Virus record (IMG/VR): IMGVR_UViG_3300045970_000027
Location: 20,306-84,305 of that record
Direction: 5' to 3' (one strand)
DNA length: 64,000 nucleotides
Source: a virus
Program-made: the position numbers and the translations under genes
In this document: positions 17,577-27,608 of the stretch, in pieces
How positions within the stretch are numbered: position 1 is the stretch's first letter
Layout of the letters: each line of letters opens with the position of its first letter
The notes under the pieces: generated by a model
The model's input: the letters and a program-made list of their open reading frames with translations, nothing else
The model's database searches: none
Told to the model about the DNA's origin: nothing

Positions 17577-17996
17577 TTACGTGCCGCTGCAGTACGTCCC
17601 GTGCCACGCTCTAATCCCGCCACGCTCGATGCTGTGTATGAAGACAGCGTCTTGTGCGTACGGTGGCGCAGCAGACGCAGGCATGTACGCCCACGGCTTT
17701 GCGAGTGGTGTGAATCGAGCATTGCCAGTCCACGTCGACTGGATCATTTGGTAGGCCCCGGCGGCCGATGAGACACGGCGGTTTGGGTAGCGGGCCTTGT
17801 AGTGCCCCGCGTTGATCGACTCATGCCGACGAATGCAGTACCCGAGGTCTCGGATCCATTTCGGCTTACCGTGCCACACCTTGGTGGCTCCGGAGTCGTT
17901 CCACATGTTGGGGGTGCTAACTACGACAGGTTGACTTTCGTGTGCGACCTGCGGCGCGAATATGAGACTTGCTGTGAAGAACAGTGGTGCCCACAT
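17577..17996 (-). CDS. secreted Rpf/SceD-like lytic transglycosylase
   Basis: Hydrophobic N-terminus; CIRRHES, SAAGAYQMIQSTW, ASAAPP.AQD, W...C. Confidence 0.8.
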   Translation of the reverse strand: MWAPLFFTASLIFAPQVAHESQPVVVSTPNMWNDSGATKVWHGKPKWIRDLGYCIRRHESINAGHYKARYPNRRVSSAAGAYQMIQSTWTGNARFTPLAKPWAYMPASAAPPYAQDAVFIHSIERGGIRAWHGTYCSGT

Positions 17997-18042
17997 AGGC
18001 TCACCTTTCGTCAGACGACAGGGACAAGGGTTCGGATTCCGA

Positions 18043-19092
18043 TCATGCAGCCACCTCCTCTGGGGTACGGGGTTCATCGGGGGTCGTGAGGGCCAACTGG
18101 CGCAGTTCCTCAGCAAGAGTGATGTCCTCGCGGACGGCGTTGATGATGCCGTCGACGCCCTGCCACTTGTCGTCCTTGTAGTAGTACCAAGCACCCCTTC
18201 GGGTGATGATCTCCTTGACGAGGCAGAGGGCGACGATCTCCTTGCCGAAGTCGATCTCACCGGGAAGGCACTGCCCACCCTCATCGAAGTACATGTCGAT
18301 GAAGGCGACACGGTGGGGCGGGGCCGACTTGTTCTTGAGAGTCCGAAGACGCATACTCTGGCCAATCCGCTTCTTGTTGCCTGACGGGCCGATCTCGATC
18401 CACTCGTCGCGCTTGACCTCAGTACGGGTGAAGTAGGCGTAGTCCTTTCCGACACCACCGGGAGTCGTACGGGGGTCGCCATGCATGACGCCGATCTTGA
18501 AGCGCCACTGGTTGACCATGATGCCGATGATCGGCCGCTCTGACTCGGTCAACGAGCGCTGCATGGCCGCGCCGACCTTACGGAAGAACTTGTTGGTCAG
18601 CATGGCCCCACGACCGATGGTCAGTTCGTCCATCCCCTTGGCGACCTCAGGAGAGGGTGTCAGGGCGGGGTAGGAGTCGATGACGATGCAGTCGACCGCC
18701 TTACTCTCCGCGAACGCGAGGCAGGCATCGTAGGCCTCCTCCATGACGGTTGTCTCAACCACGATCACGCGAGTTGGGTCGACCCCACAGGTGATGGCCC
18801 AGTCGGCTACCCACGGCTCTGCCGCTACCCAGACTGCGGTGTAGTCGGGGTCCTTAGCCTGATTGTGGGCGATCATCTTCATGGCGAGGTACGACTTACC
18901 GTGACTCGGCTCTCCTACGAGTTCATGCCATTGGTTGACAGGGAAGCCTCCACCAAGGATGTAGTCGTAGGTTACGGATCCAGTACTGACACGACCACCG
19001 AACTCTGTGATGTCGGACGCCACGACGAGGACGTCGCCACCCAACTTCTTGTTGAGGTCGGCGATGATCTTCTTGGCCTCTGGGCTGATCAC
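18043..19092 (-). CDS. recA: RecA-like recombinase
   Basis: STGS..D..LGGG.P, GEPSHGKS, VIDS, NQWR.KIG, TTPGG. Confidence 0.95.
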   Translation of the reverse strand: MISPEAKKIIADLNKKLGGDVLVVASDITEFGGRVSTGSVTYDYILGGGFPVNQWHELVGEPSHGKSYLAMKMIAHNQAKDPDYTAVWVAAEPWVADWAITCGVDPTRVIVVETTVMEEAYDACLAFAESKAVDCIVIDSYPALTPSPEVAKGMDELTIGRGAMLTNKFFRKVGAAMQRSLTESERPIIGIMVNQWRFKIGVMHGDPRTTPGGVGKDYAYFTRTEVKRDEWIEIGPSGNKKRIGQSMRLRTLKNKSAPPHRVAFIDMYFDEGGQCLPGEIDFGKEIVALCLVKEIITRRGAWYYYKDDKWQGVDGIINAVREDITLAEELRQLALTTPDEPRTPEEVAA

Positions 19093-19334
19093 TTGATGTC
19101 CTCCACGGTGATGGCTCCTTCTGGGATGGTCGCGCTTATGAGTGCGTCGCTGACCTTGAAGTTCACGGTCTTGACGAGGCCTGACGGGAGGTTGATGTCG
19201 ATGTTCAGGGTCACCGTGTCGTTCTCGTAGACGTACGTCTTGTAGTTGGTCAAGAGCCAGCCCGTTCGGGGATCACCGTTAGACAGTCTCTTCTTACGCT
19301 CTCGCTTGGTCTCCTTTCGGAGGTGGATGATCAT
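19089..19334 (-). CDS. hypothetical protein
   Basis: Coupled ORF. Confidence 0.55.
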   Translation of the reverse strand: MIIHLRKETKRERKKRLSNGDPRTGWLLTNYKTYVYENDTVTLNIDINLPSGLVKTVNFKVSDALISATIPEGAITVEDIK

Positions 19335-19693
19335 GGGGTCGGTAGTCCTTGCATCTCTCGTCCTTCGGTGTAGCCGCAGGAGTAACAGCGCGGGGGAACC
19401 TTCGCCATCCCGGTCTGGCTAACCACTGCGGCGCTATTGGCTCGGGAGAAGAAGAGGTCGCTCCCGCACATCGGGCAGTTGGACGACTCCGTACGAGCCG
19501 CCTCTCCACCCCTCCACTGCATGGCGGCATCGAACGTGTTCTCGATGGTCACTTGGATGTCCTGCTGCCTCTGCTGCGGCTGTGCTGGGGGCTGGTACTG
19601 GGGCCGCTGGGTTACCGGAGGTCCCGGTCGGTACGCAGGGGGCGCTGCAGGCTGCGGGTTCCCCATCTTGTTGGCCCACCAACTACTGCTCAC
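19331..19693 (-). CDS. Zn-ribbon hypothetical protein
   Basis: WWANK, CPMCGS...RCYSCGY. Confidence 0.7.
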   Translation of the reverse strand: MSSSWWANKMGNPQPAAPPAYRPGPPVTQRPQYQPPAQPQQRQQDIQVTIENTFDAAMQWRGGEAARTESSNCPMCGSDLFFSRANSAAVVSQTGMAKVPPRCYSCGYTEGREMQGLPTP

Positions 19694-20250
19694 GCTGCCC
19701 GCCCCTTCGGCTTCTCGTCGTCCTTGACAGTCGCCTTGAAGAGGCTGTTGGAGGCTGTATGGAAGACGACGACACCTTCGGGGTCCATGAAGCCGGGAGA
19801 GGCCACCGAGCCGAACTCAGACAGGAGGTCGAGTTGGTGGTCCACGGCCCCCGTGGTGAACGGTCCCTCGTACAGGATGGGGACTGCACGGAGGCATGGG
19901 ACGAGGTGGCCGATGGTCTCAGGGGTCCACCGAGACACGTTGAAGAGCGAGAACCGCTTCTCCGTCAGGCCGTACCCGCGCTGGACACCCTGACCCCACC
20001 ACTCTCCGAAGTGGAGTCCTTCACCCAGAGTCTCAGCCAGTTCCCAGCGATTCTGGTCGACCCACTTCGCGAACCCGTGGTTGTCGTCGGACGGAGTGAT
20101 GATCCGCTTGCGGGACTGGGCTACCACGATGGGGAAGCCGCCCTGATCGTAGGTGATGTTGATCGCGGCGTTCGTGCCGTCGATCTTCTCGGTGATAACG
20201 ATCTCCCGGTTGAGGCGGGGGATCTTAGGGAATGGAACGAAGTCAGTCAT
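19690..20250 (-). CDS. RNA ligase (Rnl2-like adenylation domain)
   Basis: FPKIPRL, TEKIDGTNA, FGEWWG.G.Q, PEGVVV, LFK. Confidence 0.85.
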   Translation of the reverse strand: MTDFVPFPKIPRLNREIVITEKIDGTNAAINITYDQGGFPIVVAQSRKRIITPSDDNHGFAKWVDQNRWELAETLGEGLHFGEWWGQGVQRGYGLTEKRFSLFNVSRWTPETIGHLVPCLRAVPILYEGPFTTGAVDHQLDLLSEFGSVASPGFMDPEGVVVFHTASNSLFKATVKDDEKPKGRAA

Positions 20251-20675
20251 GCTGTCGCCTTGTCGTATGAGTAGGAGATGAGGCCGAGGTCGTGCAGTTG
20301 GGTGAGCGTGCCGCGTAGGGTCGCCATCGTGACCTTTGAGAAGAGGTCGACCATGTGCTCGGTCTCCTCTGGATCGGCACTCTGGTCAGACATCGTCATG
20401 TAGTACTGGATGACGCTGTCGGACATGACACTCGCGAAGACGGCTAGCAGAGGTGCGAGAGGAGTGAGGCTGAAGATCCTCTCGGAGGACTCCTCTATCT
20501 CGACCTCGACGTCGTCCAGTGGTGGGAGGCCCATCAGTGTGCTCAACTGCTGCGCTTCCGAGATCCCGCTGTCGAGCAGGAAGCGGTGCAGCATGAGGGG
20601 AACGTTGACCTGCTTGACGACGTGGGCCGCCTGCACGGCCGTTATGGGCTTGGCCTTGCGCTTGAAGATACTCAT
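20247..20675 (-). CDS. hypothetical protein
   Basis: Coupled ORF. Confidence 0.65.
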   Translation of the reverse strand: MSIFKRKAKPITAVQAAHVVKQVNVPLMLHRFLLDSGISEAQQLSTLMGLPPLDDVEVEIEESSERIFSLTPLAPLLAVFASVMSDSVIQYYMTMSDQSADPEETEHMVDLFSKVTMATLRGTLTQLHDLGLISYSYDKATA

Positions 20676-22690
20676 TTTCCTTTACCCCAAGTCTCTGCGA
20701 TCTTGACGTCTGCGATGAGTGGGACCTTGAGGAAGGTGATTCCCTCCATGGCCTTACGGATGGCCTCTGCGGTCTCGTCCGCGAGGTGGGTCGGAGTGGT
20801 CGTAACCAACTCGTCATGGATCGTCAGAACGAGGTGAGCCTCGTCTGGGATCATCTTGCTAGCGCGTACTAGTGCCATCTTCATGATGTCGGCCGCGCTG
20901 CCTTGGATCAGCGTGTTGAAGCACTGACGCTCGGCCTTGGCTACCTGCCACCAGACGTCGCTCTTGAGGTCGGGGAGGTAACGACGGCGACCGGTGATCG
21001 TGGCGACGAACGGGACGGGGATCTGCTTCTTGGCCGTACGAATGCTAAGGGCCTTGAGCATGTCGATGTTCTTGAACTTGTGCGAGAACTCGTATAGGAG
21101 TTCCTTAGCCTCATCGACAGAGCAGCCGATCTGGCTGGCGATCTTGTCGGGGCCGACTCCGTACGCGATGGAGAGGACGAGGACCTTGCCAGCCTTTCGG
21201 TCGACCCCCATCGTGTCGCCGATGGTCGTGTAGATGTCACCACCCGACATGTAGTTCTCGACCATGATCGGGTCCTTGCTGAAGGAGGCGATGATGCGTG
21301 GCTCGATCTGGCTGTAGTCGGCGACGACCAGCGTCTCCCCCTCGGGAGCGATGAAGAGGTTGCGGATCAACTTCCCGTAGTCCGTGCTGGCGTTGGGGAC
21401 GTTCTGCAGGTTCGGGTTCCGGCTGGAGAAGCGGCCGGTCGCCGCACCGATCTGGTTGAAGTCGGTATGCAGGCGGCCACGGTCGAGCAGTGCGTCCTGA
21501 ATGGACGTGCGTGACTTACCGTTCACAGTGTGAATGCGGGTACCCCCGAGGTAGGGGATGACGTACGTACTGCTGAGTTTGGCGAGGTCGGAGTGCTCCA
21601 GCATGGCGTCAACGAGGATGTCTGTATCCCGCAAGGCCTCCAGCGCTTCCGCAGACGTGCTGTAGTCGTGCAGGGTGAGCGTCTCCTTGTTGCGCTTCCT
21701 CTCCCGGCCTTTGTCAGTCAGGATCTTCGCCTGCAGACCACGACCACCCTCCTTCTTCGGGAGGAAGAGGAGTTCGCCCTTCTCCTTGGTCGCATTGAGG
21801 TTGAACTGCCTACCGGCGATGCGGAAGACCTTCTCCTTCGCCTGTGCGATGTCGATCTCCAACCGCTTGGCCAGATCCTCAAGAGACTCGGTGTCGAGAG
21901 GTGTTCCGGTCAGTCTCATCAGGGTGACGACGGGGAGGACGTCCATCTCTAGCGCGAAGACCTTGCGTAGGCTGTCGCGCTCGATGAGAGGCTCCATGGC
22001 CTGCCACGCCTTGACGGTGGCGACGACGTCGAGGTGTGCGTACTTGGCTACCTCAGTGAAGCCGTGCGCCTCGATCTCCTTGCCGACGCCCTTGACCATC
22101 TCGACCCCGGCGTACTTCTTGGCTACATCCTTGAGGTTGAAGCCGTACCCCTTGTCGGAGTCGATGAGGAAGGCAGTGACCATCGTGTCGGCATACGGTC
22201 CGGCTGGGATGCCGCCGATGTACTTGGCAACCGAGCCAAGGTCGAACGCGAGGTTGTGGCCGACCTTCAGCATGTCCGACATGAAGAGAGGCTTGAGGGC
22301 GGTGAACGTCTCCGTACGGGTCAACTGCTCGGGGGCGTCAGTCCAGACCGTCTGCGCCTTCTTGATGTCGGTGCTGTAGTCGGTCTTGCGGGGGTCGAGT
22401 CCACGCGACATGCGGTCGCGGAGGTCCTGCGAGTCCTTGAGAGCCATGATGTGCTCAACGAACTCACCGTGGGGATGCCCCATCGGGATGACGCAGGAGA
22501 AGAAGTCGTTTGCGAGGGCGATCCATGTGACGTTGTTACGCCACGTATCACCACGGTGGTCGCCCATCGTCTCGACGTCGAACGCCAAGAACTGGCCGGT
22601 TGAGAGTAGTTCGACTGCGCGGTCTAGGCCAGCGCGGTCGGTGACGAGGACGTAGTCCTCAAGTCGAGTCGGTTCAAGAACAGCAAGCAC
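20672..22690 (-). CDS. polA: DNA polymerase I (family A) with 3'-5' exonuclease
   Basis: FDVET, HNLAFD, TGRFSSRNPNLQN, ADYSQIEPR, IQGSAADI, IHDEL; GTG after AAAGGA. Confidence 0.95.
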   Translation of the reverse strand: MLAVLEPTRLEDYVLVTDRAGLDRAVELLSTGQFLAFDVETMGDHRGDTWRNNVTWIALANDFFSCVIPMGHPHGEFVEHIMALKDSQDLRDRMSRGLDPRKTDYSTDIKKAQTVWTDAPEQLTRTETFTALKPLFMSDMLKVGHNLAFDLGSVAKYIGGIPAGPYADTMVTAFLIDSDKGYGFNLKDVAKKYAGVEMVKGVGKEIEAHGFTEVAKYAHLDVVATVKAWQAMEPLIERDSLRKVFALEMDVLPVVTLMRLTGTPLDTESLEDLAKRLEIDIAQAKEKVFRIAGRQFNLNATKEKGELLFLPKKEGGRGLQAKILTDKGRERKRNKETLTLHDYSTSAEALEALRDTDILVDAMLEHSDLAKLSSTYVIPYLGGTRIHTVNGKSRTSIQDALLDRGRLHTDFNQIGAATGRFSSRNPNLQNVPNASTDYGKLIRNLFIAPEGETLVVADYSQIEPRIIASFSKDPIMVENYMSGGDIYTTIGDTMGVDRKAGKVLVLSIAYGVGPDKIASQIGCSVDEAKELLYEFSHKFKNIDMLKALSIRTAKKQIPVPFVATITGRRRYLPDLKSDVWWQVAKAERQCFNTLIQGSAADIMKMALVRASKMIPDEAHLVLTIHDELVTTTPTHLADETAEAIRKAMEGITFLKVPLIADVKIAETWGKGK

Positions 22691-22725
22691 ACGATTTCCT
22701 TTGGCAGGGTGGCAGATGGAGGGGT

Positions 22726-22764
22726 GGGTGCGGGGACTGGACAGGGGGGGCAGCCCCCGCACCC
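22726..22764. terminator. GC-rich hairpin between ssb and polA
   Basis: gggtgcgggg...ccccgcaccc stem without a U-tract. Confidence 0.5.
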
Positions 22765-22791
22765 GTGCAGCGCGGCTAGGGAAGGGGGTAC

Positions 22792-23454
22792 CTAGCGGCT
22801 GCTGACCTCACTCGCGATCTTCTCTAGTTCGCCCCGAGAGGTGAACGAGATGACCGCAGAGGTGAGGGGTTCGAAGGTGTCGACAACCTGCTCGACCTCG
22901 ACCTGATCGACACCCCAGTCCTCGCCAAGATCGCGAGCCTTGACCGGAAGGGTCTGGTACGACGTCTGCTTGTTGTCTCCGGTCTTGGAGCACGACCAGT
23001 AGATACGGTCGAGCGGACCGGTCTTCGGGTCCTTATCAAGGCTGGCCAACTGCTTGACCAGAGTGGGGCTGGCGACCAGCGATTCGACAACGGCCTCCTC
23101 AGCGGAGAGGTTGACGACGCTGAAGGCGATCTTCGGGCGCGGGATGTCACCGATCTTGCAGAGCGGGCAGTCGGCACCGAGGCAAGTGAACGACTTCTTG
23201 CCCTTCCGCTCGATCCAGTGCTGGTCGTACACGGCGAACGGCTTGGAGTCGAGGAACTTCACCAACTGCTTCTGCTCGGTGAACTTGAACTCGTTGGTGA
23301 ACTTTCCGGTCGACTCGGACGCCTTGAGAGCGGCCTCCCAGCCGGACTGGATGATGCCGGGACGCTCGGTGGACTCGTTCTCGTTCTCGTCAAGGAACAG
23401 TTCGGTATCGGCGACGTAATCGTCGCCCTTGTTGATGTACTGGGCAAGGGCCAT
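22792..23454 (-). CDS. gp32-like ssDNA-binding protein
   Basis: VKFLD..PF..Y.QHW...C...CPLC...KTG...TSY. Confidence 0.75.
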   Translation of the reverse strand: MALAQYINKGDDYVADTELFLDENENESTERPGIIQSGWEAALKASESTGKFTNEFKFTEQKQLVKFLDSKPFAVYDQHWIERKGKKSFTCLGADCPLCKIGDIPRPKIAFSVVNLSAEEAVVESLVASPTLVKQLASLDKDPKTGPLDRIYWSCSKTGDNKQTSYQTLPVKARDLGEDWGVDQVEVEQVVDTFEPLTSAVISFTSRGELEKIASEVSSR

Positions 23455-23466
23455 GGTGCGTATCTC

Positions 23467-23910
23467 CTAGTTGGCAGTATCGGTAAGGGCAGTCCATCGC
23501 TCAAAGATGGCGATGGTGAGGTCGTCGTGCTGGTTCCACTCGACGCGAGCGGCACCGAGGAGGCCACGCTTGTGGAACTCCTGCACTGCTATGTCGATCA
23601 GGCCCCGTGTAAAGACGCGCTTACCGGGGACGGTCTTACCAGCGCGGGCGGCACTGGGAAGTCTGTAGGGACTCTTCGGGATGTACGCCTTGCGCTCCCA
23701 GAGTCGGATGGTGACGGGTGACTTTCCGAGGGCGTTAGCCAGAGCGCCGAGCAGGAAGAACTCGGTGTCCACCCCGCCCAACTTCTTGATGATCGGCTTC
23801 GCGTCCCACGCAGGCTCCTCGACGCTGGCGGTCGCCTCACGGCGAGTCTTCTTGCTACCGGGGTAGCGGGAGTCGAGGTCTGCGAACTCCTTGTCGATGT
23901 CGTAGGTCAC
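23467..23910 (-). CDS. MerR-like HTH DNA-binding protein
   Basis: LGALANALGKSPVTIRLWERK..IP...RVFT. Confidence 0.75.
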   Translation of the reverse strand: MTYDIDKEFADLDSRYPGSKKTRREATASVEEPAWDAKPIIKKLGGVDTEFFLLGALANALGKSPVTIRLWERKAYIPKSPYRLPSAARAGKTVPGKRVFTRGLIDIAVQEFHKRGLLGAARVEWNQHDDLTIAIFERWTALTDTAN

Positions 23911-24104
23911 GCGCAGTCAGCCCAGATGAGAAGACCGCCGCCACCGACTACTGCGGTGATGAGCGCGGTGACCAACGAGACCTGAACGAGGTTGGAAGCC
24001 GTCTGGGACTCGGTGACGGCCCATGTGTACCCGGCGGCAAGGCCGACCAGAACGTTGACCGCCAAGATGGCGGTAACGACCCAGAGGGCGACTTTGAATG
24101 CCAT
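23907..24104 (-). CDS. two-TM membrane protein
   Basis: Two hydrophobic segments. Confidence 0.6.
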   Translation of the reverse strand: MAFKVALWVVTAILAVNVLVGLAAGYTWAVTESQTASNLVQVSLVTALITAVVGGGGLLIWADCA

Positions 24105-24539
24105 CTACTTGACCTTCAATGCCCAGACGACCTTCTTGGGGAAGATCGCGTCGACGTCGTCCTCGGTCAGTTCGTCAGCGAAGACGGCCGCGTAGACGGC
24201 GTCCTGATCAACGACCTGAACGGTCTTGTAGCAGGTATCCTCGACCCCGCGAGCGGCGAAGATGTCAGCAGCCGCTTCCTCGTCAAGGCCACGGGAGACG
24301 CGGCACTCGCCCTGCAAGGCAGTGACGCCGTCGATCTCCTCACCGAGTTCCAGCCAGTAGTGGCCCTGATCGTCCACGTACCCGGCGTACTTGATCGTCT
24401 CCATGAGAGCGTCGCGGAGTTCCTTCTGACGCTTGGATGCACGGTCGGCCTCAGCCTTGACCATGTTGTACTCACGGATCTGTGCGGCCGTGATGTCGAC
24501 CGGCTTTGCCTCTCGGCTGGTGTTCGAAACGCGTGCCAT
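24105..24539 (-). CDS. hypothetical protein (coiled-coil, Gam-like)
   Basis: AAAGGGAG SD; sigmaA promoter TTGCAT-N17-TACTGT upstream. Confidence 0.65.
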   Translation of the reverse strand: MARVSNTSREAKPVDITAAQIREYNMVKAEADRASKRQKELRDALMETIKYAGYVDDQGHYWLELGEEIDGVTALQGECRVSRGLDEEAAADIFAARGVEDTCYKTVQVVDQDAVYAAVFADELTEDDVDAIFPKKVVWALKVK

Positions 24540-24653
24540 GCTCTCCCTTTCGTTTCTGTAACCCAGACAGTACACGCTGGTGCCAGATCATGCAAGTCTT
24601 TGGGGGGTGTGTCTTTCGTTCGTGTACCCCACGCTACAGGAGGGGTCTGACAG

Positions 24654-26231
24654 TCAGGGCTGGACGTCTCGCAGGAACTGGGCGAGAGCGCCGACAGTCA
24701 TATCGACGCCGCCCTCCTCGTTGATGCCTTCCCCGTCCACCACGGCGCTCGCTACAGCGTTCTTCTGCTGGAGCATCGCGTACTGCCGCTCCTCGATGGA
24801 CTCGCTGATGAGGAGGTCCTGAATGACGATGCTGGGCCACTTGGATGAGGCGCGTTTGATGCGGCCGTTCCTCTGGGTAGCGAGACCCGCGCTCCACGGG
24901 AGGTCGTAGTTGATCAGCATGTTGGCCTGTGGGAGGTCGACCCCGTACCCACCCGCGTCGGTACTGACTAGCACTCTGACAAGGGGGTCTGTCTGGAACT
25001 CGACCTTCGCGGCCTCTTTCTCCTTGGCCGACATCTTGCCGGTGTAAACGACCCCACCTACGGTCTCACGGATCGTGTCAGCCATCTGGACGTACGAGCA
25101 GAAGATGACGACCTTCGCGTCTGGGTCGGAGTCGAGGTGGTCCTCTACTAGACCTTTCAGGACCGGTAGTTTCACGGCCTTCGCCTTATCCACCGCGATA
25201 GCCAGACTCTCGTCCTCGTCCAGCAACTCCCAGAGGAACCTCGACCCTTCATCGCGTCTCATCGGGTCGTAGATGGACGCACTGTGCTCCAGAAGACGGG
25301 GGTCGTCGCAGAGCATCTTGAGTGCGGTCACCTTAGCCATGATCCGACCCATGGCCTCATCCCCCGGCGTGAACCCAGATCCACCATGCCCGTAGTGGGC
25401 CATGACGTCGAACGACGAGCCGAACGTCCCCTGAACGTCCTGCAGGTCGTCCTCCAGCATCGTGGCGATGTGTCGGTAGACGCGAGCGGAGTTCCGGTCC
25501 AGCGGGACGAAGATCGGATCCTTGTGGATCGTGTCGGGGAGGTAGGGGGCGACATCAGGGTCGGTCTGCGACTTCCTGACTAACGCGTCCTTGAGCCGCT
25601 CATGCAACTTGGAGAGGTTGCGGTACCGCTCGACCGCTCCCCACTTGTTCCGGACGATGAAGGTAGAGTCGAAGAGGTCGAACCGCGAGCCGAGGACCGT
25701 GGGGTCGATGGCCTGAAACAGACTGTAGAGTTCCTCGGGCTTCCCATTCTCAATCGGAGTACCCGTCAGGCCGTACCGGATCGGGATGCTCTTGACGAGG
25801 TCCTTGACGTGCTTGGATCGCTTGGAGCGGAACGCCTTGATGGCGGTGGCCTCGTCCAGAACGATGGCGTCGTAGTTCTGCTTCTTGATGATGTCCCAGT
25901 CGTTGACGACCTGCTCGTAGTTGACGATGGTGTAGTCGTACGTCGGGGCGATCACGTACTGGGTCTCGCGGGTCATCTTGCTGCCGTCGATGACGATGGA
26001 GCAGGAGTCGGAGAACTTGGCGATCTCCTTCTGCCACTGGAACTTCAGGCTGGAGAGGGCTACAACTAGTACGGCACCGCTGATCTGGTTTTCGTCTCGC
26101 AACTGCTCCAGTGCGGCGATAGTCAGGACCGTCTTACCGAGGCCGAGGTCGTAGGCGACGAGGACCTTCTTCCGGTCGACCATCTTGTCGACGGCCTCAT
26201 TCTGGTACGGGAGCAGGGTGCCTGTGAACAT
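24654..26231 (-). CDS. SNF2-family helicase
   Basis: DLGLGKT, LDEAT, LTGTPIEN, STDAGGYGVDL, QRNGRIKR. Confidence 0.93.
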   Translation of the reverse strand: MFTGTLLPYQNEAVDKMVDRKKVLVAYDLGLGKTVLTIAALEQLRDENQISGAVLVVALSSLKFQWQKEIAKFSDSCSIVIDGSKMTRETQYVIAPTYDYTIVNYEQVVNDWDIIKKQNYDAIVLDEATAIKAFRSKRSKHVKDLVKSIPIRYGLTGTPIENGKPEELYSLFQAIDPTVLGSRFDLFDSTFIVRNKWGAVERYRNLSKLHERLKDALVRKSQTDPDVAPYLPDTIHKDPIFVPLDRNSARVYRHIATMLEDDLQDVQGTFGSSFDVMAHYGHGGSGFTPGDEAMGRIMAKVTALKMLCDDPRLLEHSASIYDPMRRDEGSRFLWELLDEDESLAIAVDKAKAVKLPVLKGLVEDHLDSDPDAKVVIFCSYVQMADTIRETVGGVVYTGKMSAKEKEAAKVEFQTDPLVRVLVSTDAGGYGVDLPQANMLINYDLPWSAGLATQRNGRIKRASSKWPSIVIQDLLISESIEERQYAMLQQKNAVASAVVDGEGINEEGGVDMTVGALAQFLRDVQP

Positions 26232-26554
26232 CAGGCTGTCTCCCTAGGGTCTTCGGTTACTCCATGGACAAGTGCGCCGCAGGAGACGCAGGCCATCTCA
26301 GTGAAGCGGCCTGCGATCTCCCTCTCCTCTGCCTCGGGGTCGAACCAGACGATGGCGTGGAAGACGTTGCTCCCGCACGCGCACTCCTTGGTCGGACCGA
26401 GGAATAGGAGGTCGGGACCAGTAGTGGCCGTCTCGTAGAAGAGGTCGTAGATCGGCTTCGGTGTCACTTCATCCTCATTGCGACTGCCGTAAGGACTGCT
26501 CCGACAGTGACGGCTACTACGAAGATGAAGGCGGTCAAGAGATCGCTCGCTCAC
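26231..26554 (-). CDS. Zn-ribbon hypothetical protein
   Basis: GPTKECACGS...CVSCG. Confidence 0.6.
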   Translation of the reverse strand: MSERSLDRLHLRSSRHCRSSPYGSRNEDEVTPKPIYDLFYETATTGPDLLFLGPTKECACGSNVFHAIVWFDPEAEEREIAGRFTEMACVSCGALVHGVTEDPRETA

Positions 26555-27473
26555 CGTACGCGCGGGACTTGGCGTTCTTGATCCCGTGCTCGATCTCAGT
26601 CAGAGTCATGTCGCCGGGGTCCTTGGCGGTTGTCTGGCTGTAGTCGAAGAAGCGGACGTTGCGGAGGATTCCCTTTGACGCGCTCAGCATGAACAGCGCG
26701 GCGCGCTTGCCAGCCGGGTCGATGAACGGGTTGTCGAGGGCGAAGATGGTCTCCTCGGCAGCGCTCATCAGCGCGATCTGCGCGAGGGATAGGTGGGCAC
26801 CGTACGTGGAGACCGCTCCCGTCACCCCGGCACTGGCCAGCCGGACTGCGTCGAGAGGGGACTCGACCACGATCAACCGGCCGCCCGTGAAGACGTCGTA
26901 GCCGAACAGCGAGCGCGACTTCTTGACGTTGGTCGGGTAATTGCGGAAGACCCGCTCGGTCTCACTCTTCTCCTGCCAACCCATGAGGTGGCCGTGGTAG
27001 GGGTCTCTGATCGGGGTTATCCAGAGTTCGTTGCGGTAGTCCCACTTCACGCCGTACAAGTCGCAGGCGGCTGCTGACAATTGGCGACGATGGCGTGCCC
27101 ACTTCGGCGGCTCGTTGAAGCCTGCCAGCCGTGTCTCGCTCATGATCGCCGGTCGGGGGACGTAGATGTCCGCACCGGGGACCCGTGCGAGGGACGTCAC
27201 CAGATCGGGCTTGATCGTCAGTGTCTTCGCGGTGTCGAAGTCGACTCCCTTGATGTCGGCGATGAGCGTGATGATGCTGCCCTTATAGCCGCAGGAGAAG
27301 CAGTTGAAGAGGCCTGTGATGACGTTGACCGACCACGACGGGTGGGCATCCTCGCGGCCCGTCCGCTGGAGGTGCATCGGGCATGCCGCCGTCAACTCGT
27401 CACCGTAGACGTTACCGGTGATGCCTAGGGCGTCCAGTGTGCTCTCGACGTCGATCACCGGGGACCCCACCAC
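26535..27473 (-). CDS. DNA primase (CHC2 zinc finger + TOPRIM)
   Basis: CPMH...PSWSVN...CFSCG, VVESPLDA, LDN..D.AG, KDPGDM. Confidence 0.9.
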   Translation of the reverse strand: MVGSPVIDVESTLDALGITGNVYGDELTAACPMHLQRTGREDAHPSWSVNVITGLFNCFSCGYKGSIITLIADIKGVDFDTAKTLTIKPDLVTSLARVPGADIYVPRPAIMSETRLAGFNEPPKWARHRRQLSAAACDLYGVKWDYRNELWITPIRDPYHGHLMGWQEKSETERVFRNYPTNVKKSRSLFGYDVFTGGRLIVVESPLDAVRLASAGVTGAVSTYGAHLSLAQIALMSAAEETIFALDNPFIDPAGKRAALFMLSASKGILRNVRFFDYSQTTAKDPGDMTLTEIEHGIKNAKSRAYGERAIS

Positions 27474-27608
27474 TCGGACGCCGATGGTAGGTGCGAGGGT
27501 GGCTTGCGAAGACGGCTGATGATGTTCTGCTCCATGTTGTTCAGCCGCTCGGCCACGATCAGTGAGAGGTCGGCAACGATGGCGGTCTTGAGGCGGTTCA
27601 ACTCCTCG

